64,000 nt of DNA from Nymphaea colorata. Its lineage: Eukaryota. Below, piece by piece: positions 15,435 to 30,000 of the stretch. The position numbers were made by a program, and so were the translations under genes. The stretch spans positions 40,610,001-40,674,000 of the forward strand of contig NC_045138.2 of NCBI RefSeq assembly GCF_008831285.2, read 5' to 3'. The notes under the pieces were generated by a model that did no database searches, was not told the origin of the DNA, and was given only the letters and a program-made list of their open reading frames with translations. How positions within the stretch are numbered: the stretch's first letter is position 1; the number at the start of each line of letters is the position of its first letter.

Positions 15435-15445
15435 CTTTATATAAG
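15435..15445 (-). promoter_or_regulatory. Putative TATA box of the uncharacterised gene
   Basis: The - strand reads CTTATATAAAG, ~30 nt upstream of a pyrimidine-rich, AUG-free leader that runs to the ATG at 15147. Confidence 0.55.
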
Positions 15446-16698
15446 ATGGACGCTTGAACAAGTAACCCCATTGTAATGAAATAATTACGAAAACAGCATG
15501 GTACTTTGTGTCTGACCACTTACCGGGTGTTCTCGTGCCACGCAAAAAATTATCTCTCTATCCTTCTCAACTTTCCGATTTTACGATTTACCAAAGCGTC
15601 CGCCCTCAACCGTCGATGCTCGAAACCGGCGGTCTCGATGAAGAGAAAGCCGAAAATTTTCGTTCGGGGGCCTGAGCATTTATCACAATGACATGAACAA
15701 ACCTCTGACATTTGCTACTCCCAAAACAAAGACTTACTTCTACTGTCCTTTCGAAAGTAAAATATTAGATTGGACAAAGAACACGATAGCGTTTGCTTTC
15801 CTCTTTTTTAAGAAACAGAAACTTTCCAACTTATATTATATTGGAAATGAAGGTCTTTTGAGCGTCTGGGCATGACATGATTTAACCTGAGGTTCGTTCG
15901 TATTTTCAGAAAATGGTTGGCAGTTGCCAGATTTTTGGATATTGAGAAGGGTAAAACGAGAAAAATAGGCGGAGTTGGATGAAAACGTGGCACGGTGAGG
16001 AAAGTGAGTCCATTTTGAAGGCTAAAAAGTAGGCCTCGATAGAGAGAGAGAGTCGGCGAAGATCTGACCGCCGCGTCAGATCAGATGACTCGGATCCATT
16101 TGGATGAACCTGGATCATGTTGGTTTGGATCTAACGTGGATCCGAAACCCCGTCGCCAATTCTCTTTACTTTCAAACCTTGTTTACCACGTCAAGATCAT
16201 TTGGTGCCGAACGCGATGTTACGCAAATTATTTTTTCACTTTTAGTTCCATGTTTTACATTGGCAGGTTAATGGTTCATATCCAAACATATTCATATTAG
16301 AATATGAATGTACAAAGATTTATGACAGATCCGAGTTCGATTTTTTAAATTGTCAATATGAATCTCGTGTAAATCCAACTTTTAGATACACAATCGAATC
16401 TTAACCACATTCTTATATGTTAAAGAACAGGCTTTCGAAATGTATGGATGTTGGATATATGGTATTTAGTCAAAATTAAATCTGAATTCGAACCTGATCA
16501 CGTATTTATTCAACACCAAATGTGAAGAATCCTATCAGATCTCAGACCTCTGTCTCCGGTCAGATCTCAGACCTCTGACATGTATAATGGATGTGAAAAA
16601 CTATGGATCTGAAATCCATTGTTTCAACAAGCCATCAGTATCTTCCATCTACCTCTATCTCGAGGGGGTTGGCGCAACTGTTTGAATGAGGGCTGTAG

Positions 16699-16850
16699 AT
16701 GGTCAGTCTCTACTCACCCAATCAAGAGCGGAGCTGCTGGCCCGCGCCGGCTTGGGATGGTCAGTCTCTACTCACCCAATCAAGAGCGGAGCTGCTGGCC
16801 CGTACCGGCTCGGTGCGGGTCTGCTAAAAAAAAATTTTGACTCCGCCACT
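16699..16850. repeat. 58-bp tandem duplication overlapping a small hAT-type MITE-like remnant
   Basis: ATGGTCAGTCTCTACTCACCCAATCAAGAGCGGAGCTGCTGGCCCG occurs at 16699 and 16757. The segment ends in GACTCCGCCACTG, the reverse complement of a CAGTGGCGGAG-type TIR. No TSD found. Confidence 0.7.
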
Positions 16851-19195
16851 GCAGCGAGCCCACTTATCTCATGGTCCTCAATCAAGAGGACGTGCTACTA
16901 CGTATACTTACCATTCAAAGTGCATCTCTATCTACCGATGCCCAACACGACAGTTTATAATGGAAAGAAGAACACACAAAAAGACAGGTTAATACGCGGG
17001 AGTGCTTAGCAAAAAGAGAAGGGGAGGGCGTATTGACAATCACTAACAACGAACCAGAAGCCAAAAGAAGATCTATGCAATCAAGAGAAAACCTTCTTCC
17101 CGAAATCCCGAACTAGGAGAGTAGTTTCACTGAAGATTTAATGGGGGAAGTTCTTTGTTCAGTGTGATGGTGCAGATAAAATTTGGTTGAAGTAGATGGA
17201 GCCATGATGATTTTTTATATTTAAGGTTTTCCTATTTGAAATCAAACACTTGGTCGATGTCGCGTGGATCTTAAGTTAGAACAATGGATTAACACGAGAT
17301 TTTAGTTTCACAAGCCATGAGATTTTATATCACAATAAGAATGCCACTTTTTATTTTCTAATTTAATGTCGGGACTCTGAAATTTTCTGTGGCTGTTTAA
17401 GAACCAAGAATCTTCCATGTAGACGACAGTGTAGCTTTGAGAATCTGCGCAGGAAACTTCATGGTCTGATAAACCAACTGATTCTACTTGAACCTGTGAT
17501 CTTCGTTGTAAGCTGCCAAAATTTTGTTCTAAGATTAGCCGAAGTCACATATCCAAGGAATGTGGATCTCAAAATATGAGCATGTCAAGATATGTCTGGA
17601 AGTCAAATGCCGCAGGAATAAAACCTGTTCTCATAATGCACTTAAGGCACTGTGACCTGTTCATAAGGTCTTTGAAGGAAAAGCGTTTCAATATGAAAGT
17701 TGGGATCTCATATATTTAATTTGGTGAGGCAATGGAACTATCACCAAGCGTTTCCATTGGTTACATCCCATAAAATTTGTTAAAATCATTAGCAATTGGT
17801 TTTCAAACTGGTTTACATACTGTCTGATGAATGCAAGAAGAAAGGCCTTGGATGACCACAGCAGTTGAGAATTTTGTATTCTGGACTGCTGTTTGAATAC
17901 TAAAAGTGAAGCAATTAACCACTCTGTTGCTCTTGAATCTAACAAGATACCAACAAAATTAATTCCATGACATAGAATGACGGTCATAGAGAGTAGTTCG
18001 TGCATCAAAGGGAAGTACTTCTCCAAAGTCATTTCCCTAAAGCAGCAGAAGTAAAAATACATGCCATTTAAGCCTTCTTATATGCTTTTTAAAAGCCAAC
18101 TTTAAGATTACTATTTAAATAAAGGAGGAAGAAAGCAGAAAATTGGAAGGTTGGAAAAAGAAATGTGGGCGTGTTCAGATGTTTCATTGGAGTTAGTGAA
18201 GAAGAAGCAGAGATACAGTTGCAACTTGCAAGAAGTGGACAGAGATCTCAATGCCTTATAATCCACAGGAAGACAGTTAAATCCAAAGGACATCATTACA
18301 AAATTGGTAGGGTAAAACACTGTCTAACATCAGACCACTGTGAATACGTAAATGGATCATGCTGTCTCGATACAGTTGGCTCCTCGAAATAGCTTCTCTT
18401 TCCAATTCAATACGTAACCTTTTAAAAAAATTTGCATCACTCGATTGACATACTTTTTGTTCGATATCATAATCATGACTGCTTGAATCTGAATTTTCAT
18501 AGCCTTTTAGATGTAATTAACCACCGCGAATATTTCATGGACAAGCGTATGAAAAATATAGAAAGGCAGAAAGAAACAGAGAGGAAAAGTGCAGAAAAAA
18601 AATTTAAAAGGCACCATCATTTGTCACATTAATTTGTAGATGTGTAGGAATGGGTGTCAGGGGAAGTGGAAGCAAATAAAATTTGAATTGTTCATTTCAC
18701 ACGCTATTATTGTTAACTCTCACCACCTGGCCAGGTGAATGAAGCTAAGCACTGTCATTCAAATATCCAGTAGATATTAGTGTATGTCTGATACTGATTA
18801 CAAGGGAACAAGTAGGATTAAGTAACAACCATAAGAACGGCTTAGATGATATTCTGCTTATAGATATGAACCCGATACCCAAACAATTTACATGGCCATG
18901 ACGTACCCTTTTTCTTCCCCAGTAGAAAAGGATATAATACAGAGAGAACCCGCTACACAGTACACACAAAAGCAACTCCATTTAAACCAAACCTTTTCTA
19001 CTTTACACAAGGGTACTTTCAAGAAAGCAAAGGAAAAGAACCATAAGACACGAAAAGCCTCAAAAAAAGGAAGAAACTTGCCCATGATAGCATTCCAAAT
19101 GATCTCATTGTACTCCACACAACCACAGGAAAGAGAAGGAGAAGAGAGAGAGAGAGAGAATCGTGTACGTATCATGAGGCACCAAACTCAGCACG

Positions 19196-21851
19196 TCAGA
19201 AGTTGAATCTGCTAGGCTCTGCCTTTTCCATCCTGTTCCTGCCGTAGGACTCCCGGTTGTCGGTCCTCTTGCTGTTCCTGAAGGCAGCGCAGGCTATGAC
19301 GTAGAGGACGACCATCACGATCAGAAGAATCATGTTGATCAGGGACACCCTCCTCCAGTCCTTCTTCAGGTTGGCCAGCACCCCGGCCTTGCATGAGTCG
19401 CAGCTGTAGCACAGCCGAGCCTGGTCGTTGCTCCAATTCACGCAGTCCGTGTCCGCCACCGCCAGTCCCGCCACCGGTTCCCACGTCGTCTCGGTCACGT
19501 AAACGAAACCGCACGCCGCCGGTGGCTTGCAACAACCAGACTGTGCCGATATCACAAGGCGCCGCGCGCCACACAAGCACAGACCCACTTCACCGTTAGT
19601 CTCCTCTCTATATTCATCGTATTTATAGCAACAGATCATTCTAAAGATCATAACATAGAAACTATTAATTTGAAATCTAGAAGGCCCACATTGGGATTAT
19701 CTATTGAACTTAACCGCCTTTTGATTAATCGTCCTAAATCCAAACATCTTAACCAGGTGGATGACCGCGCTTCTCCAAGGCCTGAATCATGGCAGCCAAC
19801 TCGGAGCAGATCGGTTCATCAGGCAGATCAGGGTGGGATGTGCACTCTCGTCCCATGTGTGGTTCTCTGCTAACGTGGTAGGATCCACCATGAAAGTGTT
19901 GATATGTATCATTATTTATAGGCAATTGGCTGTCTATAATATCTCCTCATGGGCCAATCCGCCATGATTCTAGCAGCTCACTTTATTTGATCTCTTTATA
20001 CTACAAACAGACGAGTTGAACATGCATAAATTTTTCATCCAACATTCTGATTATCGAAATTAATGGGCACATTAGTCATCGGTAACAAGGATAATGTCAC
20101 TGACTAGGCCGCATTGCTTCAATGGGAACGACAGAATCAATGGACGGTGAAGATGCTTTTGCAGGAGAATGGACGGTATAGAGGCCAAAACACAAAGTTG
20201 GTCACCGTTTAGCGGATCCAACGAAGAAGACGAGGGGGGTGGGGGCGCCCCGGGGGCCTCGGGCAATCATGCATGGAAAAAATCATGGAAAATTTTTATT
20301 TTAAGGCAACGCTTCATTTTAATTTTCTTACAAAAGTCTTACAGTTATGAATTTTTCTAATGAGTTAATGGTCTTTTCCAATTGCCAACAATGTTAAACT
20401 AGGCTTTACGTCAGATTATCATCCTGGAAAGAAGCGGGTTCTTCTCAATTTTTTGCCGTCGATTGGAAATACTCCCCAGAATTCAGTTTAAAATATATGC
20501 ATAAACCTATGCATATTTTTAGTTTTAAATTTTCCATAAAATTTTTCTCTCTATTTAATTAACGGTATCATATTTATAGATTTATAACATTTTGAATGTA
20601 CTGATCAGATCTATAAGGTATAATACCATAGGAAAAAACGAATAAAAGATATTAAAAATCAATTCCGTGGTAGATTTAGTACAACTTTATAAATATGGTT
20701 CTATTGGTGGTTTGTTTTTAATTCTAGAAACTCTTTTAGTCAATAACACAAAGAAAGACTCGATTTCTGGGTTTTGGCCATATATCTATACTACTGAATT
20801 CAATTAAAATATATAAATAAGAAAACAGATAGCTACCAGACTTTCAAATACTAGACCTTGATGGTACTCATTTAAGCCATCAATTCTAATGAGATCAATT
20901 AAGTTACAAATAAAAAAAGCAAGCTAGTAAATTTATCAAAATTAGAAACACGCGCTACTCATTTATTAATGGGATAGAGCTGTTTTTGATAGAGACCCAT
21001 GTCTCGTTTGATATTTCATATAAGGATATTTTCCTACCAAATTTCTGGGAGATGATTTTTCTCTACCATTTTCATAGTAACGTTGTGATACTTTGTCAAA
21101 CTTTTTGAGATACTTTCCATGTTATCTTTCTACAAGCACAAGTTTGCTTTGCTACATTAGAATTGAAAATGTATAGCATCACTGTAAGTAAGAACTGCTC
21201 CCTTGAATATGGTCGAAAGTATAACAACTCGACTCACTCCTGGGCTCGGGCCCCTGGTTCGACGAATCCCAACCCGCCCCTAACAGTTTCGGTTTCAATC
21301 CTAAAAAGGTTAGGAACTAGAAATATCATCTCATTAATGACATCTTCTATAAGCCCATATGAAACTAAACTCATGGAGTGTTACAGAAAGTGTGTCGTTC
21401 TTTTTCTAAGTAACGGGTGAACCTATAATATTTTTTCCGATTTGAAGACTTTCCACAACGTCTAAAAAAGAACAACTTGAAAGCGCCAGTATACCACTTC
21501 AAGCAATTCATATAATAACTTTGCTTTCTAAGTCTGCCTTCTTCTTCAGGTAGACGAAAAGCACTAGGAAGTAGTTTAAGTCGATTTGTGAACACAGAAA
21601 TGGAGCCTTATGCCTCAAGTTTATCAAAGAAACAAAGAATTTAGGCCCTTTCCTCTTTGATGGTTTGATTTCCACATAAATATAGTAGTTTCAAGGCTGA
21701 AGGCCATAGTAAATTTCTTGTCTAACTTTATTGAACCAAGCTCAGACAACTGATCAACCTCAAAAGGCCCCAAAGCCAGAGAATTTTGATCCGTAAGCAA
21801 AACAAGTACCTCAATAAATCATTCTACTATCACTATATGAAACGGAATACA

Positions 21852-21910
<59 letters not shown>

Positions 21911-22936
21911 TGGCCAATGAGGTTGCACAAAGCCAATCTAAAAACTCACAATTCAAGTGCTAAGTTTATCTTTCCGAGTCCAAATGAAAGACGTTACTTG
22001 AGCGCAATCATGCGTAGCTCGTCTCATTTCCAGCCAGTATTATTCAAGGATTAAAATGGAACAAAATTTAACATTTTATACCATTTAGTGACAGCAGTCA
22101 GTAACATTGGTGAAAAACTGACCTAGATTTGATATTTTTTTGACTGTTTTAAGAAAAAATAACTTGGATTTCCAAAAGAAGTGGGTCCCTATCAAGAAAT
22201 TATGCCAACCAGAAATGGCCGCTAGCTACTTAAAGAACAAACCCACAACAGAAGGCCAGAAAGGGAAATCTAATCAATTGTTAAAGCGATCGCAACCTTT
22301 CACCAAAAAATAACCCGGCAAAAAACGAGGCACCAAAAGGGAAAAAGGAAAAAAAAAAAGACAAGAAACGAAGCTGGAAGCCATTGATTGAACCTAAAAT
22401 TTAAACGAAACGGGGAGAAAACGGACCTGGATGGGGGTAAGCGACCGAGCGTAGAACCGATCGGCCGTCTCCGGGATGCCGCCGGGAGCCATTTTCCCAC
22501 AAACGCCGGCCTGCTGGATGCACGAGACGATCTTGTCCCAGTAGCTGGGCTCCGACACGCGGTCCTTGAGCCAGCCGGAATAGTCCTGGAGGCGGTACTC
22601 GAGGTAGCGGCGGTTGAGAACGGGGTTGCCGGAGCCCTTGGCGGTGACGGAGAAGGCGAAGATGGTGAACCCTATCAGCGCGACGACGATGAAGAACATG
22701 GCCGTGAGGTAGAGCCGGAGCAGCCAAGTGATCCGGTAGCACGAGCCGGCGAACCCGGCAAGCGACACAACCATGACGGCGATGCCGATGATGATGATCG
22801 GCCACTGCAGGAAGCGGAGACAGTCGGTGGAGTTGGCCTTGGTGCTCAGCCATATCCCGCCGCCCAGGATCGGCACCGATATCAGGAAGGTCAGGAAGTT
22901 GATCATCCCGATCAACGAGTTGCTCGCTCGCAGCAT
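19196..22936 (-). CDS. TET3: Tetraspanin (TET3-like), 284 aa
   Basis: Exon 1 22936-22427 (MLRASNSLIGMINFLTFLISVPILGGGIWLSTKANSTDCLRFLQWP...YSGWLKDRV...LTPIQ) and exon 2 19540-19196 (SGCCKPP...CYSCDSCKAGVLANLKKDWRRVS...). It has the plant tetraspanin GCCKPP motif, four hydrophobic helices and the single phase-0 intron before SGCC. Confidence 0.96.
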
Positions 22937-24310
22937 CTCTCTCCTTCCAGAGAACGGGGGATTTGGGGTTTCTTTATCCTGTTCTGCTTCTGATCTGATC
23001 CTGATCCTGATCCTGATCCTTCAATGGAGGATCCTGGATTTGTGGATACTGCTCAGCTTCGAAGCTTCACTTTACTTGGAACAAGCAGCCAAAAAAAGGC
23101 GACGTGGGAAGTAGAGGAAGGAGGGCGTCGCTTGTGCGACAAATATGCCCGAATCGCCCTCCATAGATTGGGAGCCCGTTCGGCGATAAACGGGTCGGTT
23201 TAGGGCGAATATTGTCATTTCCGTTTGAGATGAATTAAAGACGGGCTCCTGGTCGCTTGTCGTCGTCCTCTGAGCTTACCGGGAGGTTATATTCATTTCC
23301 CGCGCGTCGTTATCGGGGTGGTCGGTGCCAGGGAAGTGATCTCGGCCGTCCGCGTCCAGATGAACGGTCCAATCCAAGATTCTGCTCTCTTGTGGAGAAC
23401 CTTCTCAGAGGTCAGCTGCTTTCAACTCTTGGAATATCTCGAAATGTTCAGATTTCTCTGTCTGCTTTGCTTTACTTCACTTTAAAAAAAAAAAAAAAGT
23501 TTTAAGATGTCTTATGCCGTGCATTTTTGAACAGCCCAAGATCAGATCTGGGTTCAAATACGTGTAACTTAGACATTCAAAACGTTTTATACGACGTAAA
23601 AGTTAAAAAAGCGTGATTATCAAGTCAGGATTAATTTTCAATTAAAAAAAAATTTAGGACAAAGTTAGCGTCTCTCCACATAAAATAAAAATAAAAGACG
23701 GCGAGTTGCATGTGCCCGTAGGGATGGGGGACCAATCCATGTGCCCATTGCCCACCCTTATCAGCACCTACTCTGGGAGCGTGGGCTTCGTGGGGGCAAT
23801 GGGCACAACTTTAATGCATTAATTGAATGTAATTGTAGAGCAAGTAACAAATTTAGAGTTGTTGGTGCCACATTTTTTTTGTGTTGCAAAAAGGATGGCA
23901 CCTGGGCTTGATATTTTGAGAAAAATTTACCATGTGCAAAAACACTAAATCTGTGCTTAAAGAAATGTGTTGAAAAAAGAATATATAGTGCTTTTCCAAA
24001 GGGGAATATGTTCTAAACTATATGTTATGGTTCCTAACTTTTCACAAGATGCAAATATATAAAGTTCATCCTTTTAAATACTTTTTCAAACCCATCGTCC
24101 ATACTAAGTAGCACAGTAACAAATTTGGACCTTTTTCAATGATATTATGCATTGATCATGATAAATTCTTTAGATTCTATTGGGTGCGAGTATAGATAAC
24201 GAGGGCATGGTTCCAATATATCGAAAGCAGACCTAATACCCTGCAGGAAAGGAGAAAAGATGGAAGTTTTGACTCCTTTCTCTATATAAAAGGCAAATAG
24301 ATTTAAGCCA

Positions 24311-24607
24311 GTTGCTTTTGATTACCTCAAATCTCAGTCGGATTTGCTACATAAATCTAAAGTTTATCAAACTGCAGATTTCAGATCTGTCAGAAGGCTG
24401 AAATCCATGGATCTCAAATCGAAGAGTTAGGAGGTGGGGTTTGGGACTTCATCTGTGGATTTTTGATCCACCCATAGCAGCAGTGAAGAGAGGAGAAAGA
24501 GAAAAGGCTGAGGGAGTAAATCAAACATGAGCTTTAAATTTTAAAATCTCAGATAGATATCAGATTCGAGGTTTTAAAATATAAGATCTGAGGTAATCAA
24601 ACACAAC
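24311..24607. mobile_element. MITE (Tourist/PIF-Harbinger-like TIRs), ~297 bp
   Basis: Left end GTTGCTTTTGATTACCTCAAATCT pairs with right end AGATCTGAGGTAATCAAACACAAC (~24-bp imperfect TIR). The interior is non-coding and rich in AGATCT/AAATCC. No clean TSD. Confidence 0.65.
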
Positions 24608-25896
24608 CACTTCTTCAATGTACAATTGAATTATGAGAAATGGAATAGCACCACCAACCAGCACGCACATTTCTTTGATGGATTCAATCAGATTGTATAC
24701 CAACCAAGAAGCATGTAGTTTGTAATGAAATACAATATTCACACAACTACTTCCTCTTGAATGGTGGCTCGAAGCCGCACTGAACAATTCTCTCGCACTA
24801 TGACCACATCGTCTCTTTACAACTCGACGCAGGCTAGTAGAACCAGAGGGATGGCCTTGGGGATTTTATGTCCAAGGAGAACAACAAAGTTTCTCAGCTG
24901 AAGGAGATTAATCTTCCCCAAGTAAAACATAAAAAGACAAGGAAATATTAGCGCCGTGTTGCAAAACTATGAATATAAAATTCGAGGCGTTCAATTTAAT
25001 TATTGTAGCCCTTGCAGGATTTCTCATTAATGAAAAAATTAACGATACAAAACACATATGAGAAAGAAATGTTGTATTATTCTTCACTCAAAAATATTCT
25101 TATCGATAACATAAAATGTTTAAGGCTATGTGATTCAGAAGAAATCATAAAAATTTAACGTGTAAATTTGGATTTTATAAGGTTATATTATCATTTGGTC
25201 TTAATTTTATTGACCAATAAAATCTGATGTAGACCCGAAACAAGAAAGATTTACGTGAACCAAACATTTTCTTAAGAAGGAGCTGAAAAGACTAAAGTCC
25301 TTATAATATTCAATCTAGATATCTGATTTGGATCTTTTTTTAACTTATAGTTTTGGATTTCTTCACATGCGCATGCAACTGGCTTTGGCAGGAAATTAAA
25401 CAGCTATGGCCTATGGTGGGTAGGCCCTCTTCTTTCATTTCAGATTAGAAGTTGGGTATATACAGATGAAAAAGAAAAGTGACTTATCCCTATGTATGGA
25501 TATCTATCTGATATGGGGTCGCACTCACTTGGCGACAAATAATCTCATGTAGTTGATAAGAAGAGAAAGAAGATGAAAACATTTCAATATTGCAATGAAC
25601 CATACAGTTGAAATGTTTCATAATCTCCTGCAAGCAAGCAGTGCTGGAATATAGAACTCTAATGGGTCTAGCGTAGCCGATCAAGTGATCAGTTGCTAAA
25701 TACCTTGTAGGTAGCTCGATTCCCATGAGCGCTAGGTTTTTGAACTGCAAACAATAACAAGCACAACACTTTAGTTGATGGTTGTACTGCCCTGAACCCG
25801 AAAGTGATGAGAATGGAAGAAAAGGGGTGGCTTCACCTCTTAAGTACAATCATTGCTGGAATCTAAGATTTTACATCTTCCATAAAATCTATATTA

Positions 25897-26185
25897 GGTT
25901 GTGTTTGATTCACTTCAGATCTAAGATATGAGATCTCAAGGATGTCAAATCCATAGATTTTAAAATCAGACCCCTCCTGTCCCCTCCCCATTCGATCTTC
26001 AATCTATGGTTTTTAACATGTAACATAGATTTGACATCCATGCATTGAAAGATCTTCAGTTTAAACATACTGAGGGCCTTTGCATTGTGGATCTTAAATC
26101 CATATTACATCTTAATAACTATGATTATAAGGTCGGATTGTGGGAGGGAAGGTCAGACCTTAAATCCGCAGTGAAACAAATAAGC
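25897..26185. mobile_element. MITE of the same family as 24311-24607
   Basis: Starts GGTTGTGTTTGATTCACTTCAGATCT after TTA and ends GCAGTGAAACAAATAAGC followed by TTA (possible TTA TSD). It has the same AGATCT-rich interior. Confidence 0.5.
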
Positions 26186-27015
26186 TTAGTACCGCAAAGG
26201 ATTCTAGTGAATGACCATATTGTCCGAATAAATTTTTGGAAAATGTTTCCCTTGCCCCTTCCAACACGAGATTTAAATTTTTGGAAGAAGGCTTTGACAT
26301 GAAATTTCCTGAAAACATGTTAGAGCCTTTCCAATTATATTTTGAAAGTCAGTTTTTAATGTGGTTCTAATTAGGTTTAAAGTCGGATTGAGGGATATTC
26401 AGCTATCAGTTTAAAAATTGGATTCAAATTGTAAATTTGGTTCAGATTCGTATATGGCATAAACAATTTATTCATTCGTATTTGGATTTTGAATTCAAAT
26501 CCAAATATGCGATCATCTGAAAAAACATATATCACGAAGAGTACATCATGTTCGAATCTCAAACTTGTTATAAGAGACCAATGGGCTAACTCTCATTGTA
26601 TCATTTAATGTATAACTATGAATTTTTATTTAGTTGGAAAAGTTAGGAATATATGAATAGAGAGGATGACGAAACGGGTTGGGTGGTTAGCTGGTTGCGT
26701 CAGAGAAGCGATGGGAATATGCGGATTCCATCGTCTCTCAACTCTACCAATAATTTTATATATATTTAAATAATTCCTACACAACAAACTAAAATGACAT
26801 TTTTCTAAAATGACTTCGTTTATTTAATTTTCTTGTTTTCAATGCTCCTTGATGCGACTTCCGAAATTATTAGGAAAATAATTTTTATGACGTCACAGTG
26901 GCTTTTACAACACACTGTTTTCTTTGTGTGTGCGCGGAAATATCCCAAACCGTATGTTTAGTTTGGCGGGCGATCGTTCCCGGCAAACTTCTGCGAGAGA
27001 TAGTGAAGAAGAAGA

Positions 27016-30000
27016 ATGAGTATTCATTCGCCCCCTTTCTCCCGCCGTACTCCCTGCTTCCTCTTCTTCATCTTCCTCGTCTTCAACGTCGGAGCAGGAC
27101 GCGACGGCGGCTCGATTGTGCAGATCAAGATACCAGGGAAGTCTCTCCGGTTCGCTAACTCGTCGGCGTTCAAGATCGCGCTCTTCGCCGATCTCCACTT
27201 CGGAGAGAATGCCTGGACGGATTGGGGCCCTCTTCAGGATATCAACTCTCAGGCCGTCATGTCGACCGTTCTCGATCGGGAAAAGCCTGGTCCGTGTCGA
27301 TGCTTTTCTTTGTTTGCCCATTTTGTTTTTCAAAATTGTCCAGCTTGTGCTTTTATTAACGTTATATGTGGTTACAGTTCGTGCCAAACAAAATTTCATG
27401 TTTGGATTTTAACTCTTGTTATGAAACTCAGGCTTCCTGCGCTCACCTCCCTTAATGCTGGACGATTCTGTTAAATGAGGGCAAATTCTACAGCATTTTC
27501 TTGTTTCTGGAGTTTTATAGATATTTTAATGTTCTCGAGTCCTAAATTCCTGACGACACCCTTTCGTCTCGGAATTTGCGTGCTCTGTCACAACGGATGA
27601 TATGTCTTCGTTTTGTCCACCGAATACAGTGGACTCATGTTTCGAATACATATCTCATTGAAACTTGGAAGGATATAAATGCAAGTTTTATGATTCTGAT
27701 TTATGAAGTATATGTAGCTCAGAAGAACTCTAGGCGATCAGGCTTAACTTACCCCAAGTCTTTTTGGTCCATATCTTGAAAACAGATGTCATCGGTAGGA
27801 TGCATTCGTCCTTCCAGTACGTCGTTCCTGTTGATGGTTCTGGACTAAGCCGGATTCCTATTTCCCTTTTGGCAGGAAAGAGAGTGCAATTGCTTGCCGA
27901 AGTGGAACAAAAAATCCAAACCAAAGCGTTGTATAAAATTGATGGGGATTACTGCTACATTCCATGCGAAATTCTTGACTAATGGGAACTTTTTCTTCTT
28001 ATTCTTGTTTAGCTTTTTGATGCAGTGAAAGAAAAGGTACCCCAAGTTGCATCTTTGATGGCATTCTTGACATGTCTATGCGAAACTCCAAAATCAGATA
28101 ACATAGTTTCAGGACTTGATCGAAACACTACCACCAAAAGTCTAATTCCGGATATTATTTTCCATCCTGTTTATCGATTCCAATCTTCTCCGTGCCTCAT
28201 TTGGGAATTTTCTAATTCCATGAAGATTTAAATTAGTTTCAGGATGGTCGCTACTTTTGCATCCCGTCTATCTATTTCAATCTTCTCTGAGCCTCACTTG
28301 AACTTGTTTATTTTGGTGTTCCAACTTAGTTTCAGAACAAGCATCTGTTTCCCTCTGCAGATTTTGTGATTTATCTGGGAGATGTCATCACCGCTAACAA
28401 TATACCAATCCAAAATGCAAGCCAGTATTGGGATCAAGCTATTGCACCGACCAGAGAGAGGGGGATACCTTGGGCTTCAGTGTTTGGTAACCATGACGAC
28501 ATGCCGTTCGTGTGGCCTTCAGAATGGTTCTCAGGCGAGGGAATCCCTGAAATTCGATGCTCACCGTCAAATGCAACCCTCACTTGTATGGACTGCTTTC
28601 ACCACTACAACCAACATTGGTTTTTTTCCCTTTCTAAATGCTCTGTTGTCCATTGTGGATCGTGCTGCAGATGAAAGTACTTGTTACTTCAAAGGCACAA
28701 CAAGAAAGGAGCTCTTGGAGAAAGAGATGCAGAATGATTTATCTGTTACCTTAGAAGGGCCATCCTTTCTGTGGCCAGGTGTGTCAAATTATGTGTTGCA
28801 GATCTCGTCATCCAAGGATGAAGAGGAGCCAATTGCTTATCTATATTTCCTGGATTCTGGTGGGGGCTCTTACCCTGAGGTGATTTCTGCTGCACAGTCA
28901 AGATGGTTCCAGCAGGAGTCTGAGCGGCTCAACCCTGACGGAAGGTACTAACCTCATTGTCTTGATCTTCGAATTACATTTGAAGAGCAAAACGCCACCA
29001 CAGAAAATAAAAATGAAAGGAGCCTCATGCAGGATGGAGAATTTCGTTGCTTACTTTCCGAAGAAATGGAAAAGTAAGAATAATGATGAATTCACATGTA
29101 GGATGATTTTTTTTTTTTTGTCATCAATCGTACATTATACACCACAGCAAGGCCAGGACAACACCAATTACTTGAGTGCTTTAATTCTGGTAAACGAGAC
29201 GTAATTTGTTATAGCTATATCAAGAATCGGCTTTGTTGACTGTTGAGTAGACAAAGGTTAGCTCGTCAACGAGCACTACTGAGACATATAGATTAGAGGT
29301 ACACAAGAAGGAAAGAATTTAGCCTTTGTATCTCACACTTGGCAATTAGGCTCCATATTTGGACCCTGTCAATGTGCTCAAAGTAGTACACTGGCAAGTA
29401 AACGGATAACTAGTGACATTCACCTTCTTACAGAATAGAGGAGTAGACAATTTTAAATCCTCACTTTTACTTCATATTTTAAATCTTTCATCTTTCACAG
29501 GGTGCCAGAAATAATCTTTTGGCATATACCAAGTACAGCTTTCAAGTCTGTTTCTCCTTGGTTTGGAATACATAAACCCTGTGTTGGATCTATCAACAAA
29601 GAGAAGGTCGCACCTCAAGAAGCCGAATGGGGCATGATGGACGTGCTAACAGCAAGAAAATCGGCCAAGGTAAGTTTGCACATACCGGATCAGCTTTATC
29701 GCATTTCACTAGGCTTGTTCAGGTTTGACATTTTTGGATTTTCTGGGTTCACTTGGTGGTGGTTTCGCCCCTTTCCCTCATCTTCTTTGGTTTGACACTG
29801 TGCTCTCAATGGATGCAAATCATGTATTCCTCACTAGTCAAGATCGTAAACTTCTAAAGATCTCTTTAAAAGGCATCAATTTTGCCATTCATTTAACTAA
29901 GAATGCGTAGTTTGGCCTAATTGGGTGAGAATTTCTACGCTGTCTATTATGGCTTCAATGCAAGCCATGATTGAATTTATAAAATAATAACCTTTGTCAA

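Noticed and set aside
17688..18062. 124-aa - strand ORF downstream of TET3
   Set aside because: No family motif or supporting exons; likely chance.
22388..22993. 201-aa + strand ORF, and other long overlapping ORFs at 22401-22853 and 19212-19580
   Set aside because: These are antisense or alternate-frame shadows of the high-GC3 tetraspanin exons, with no independent family motifs.
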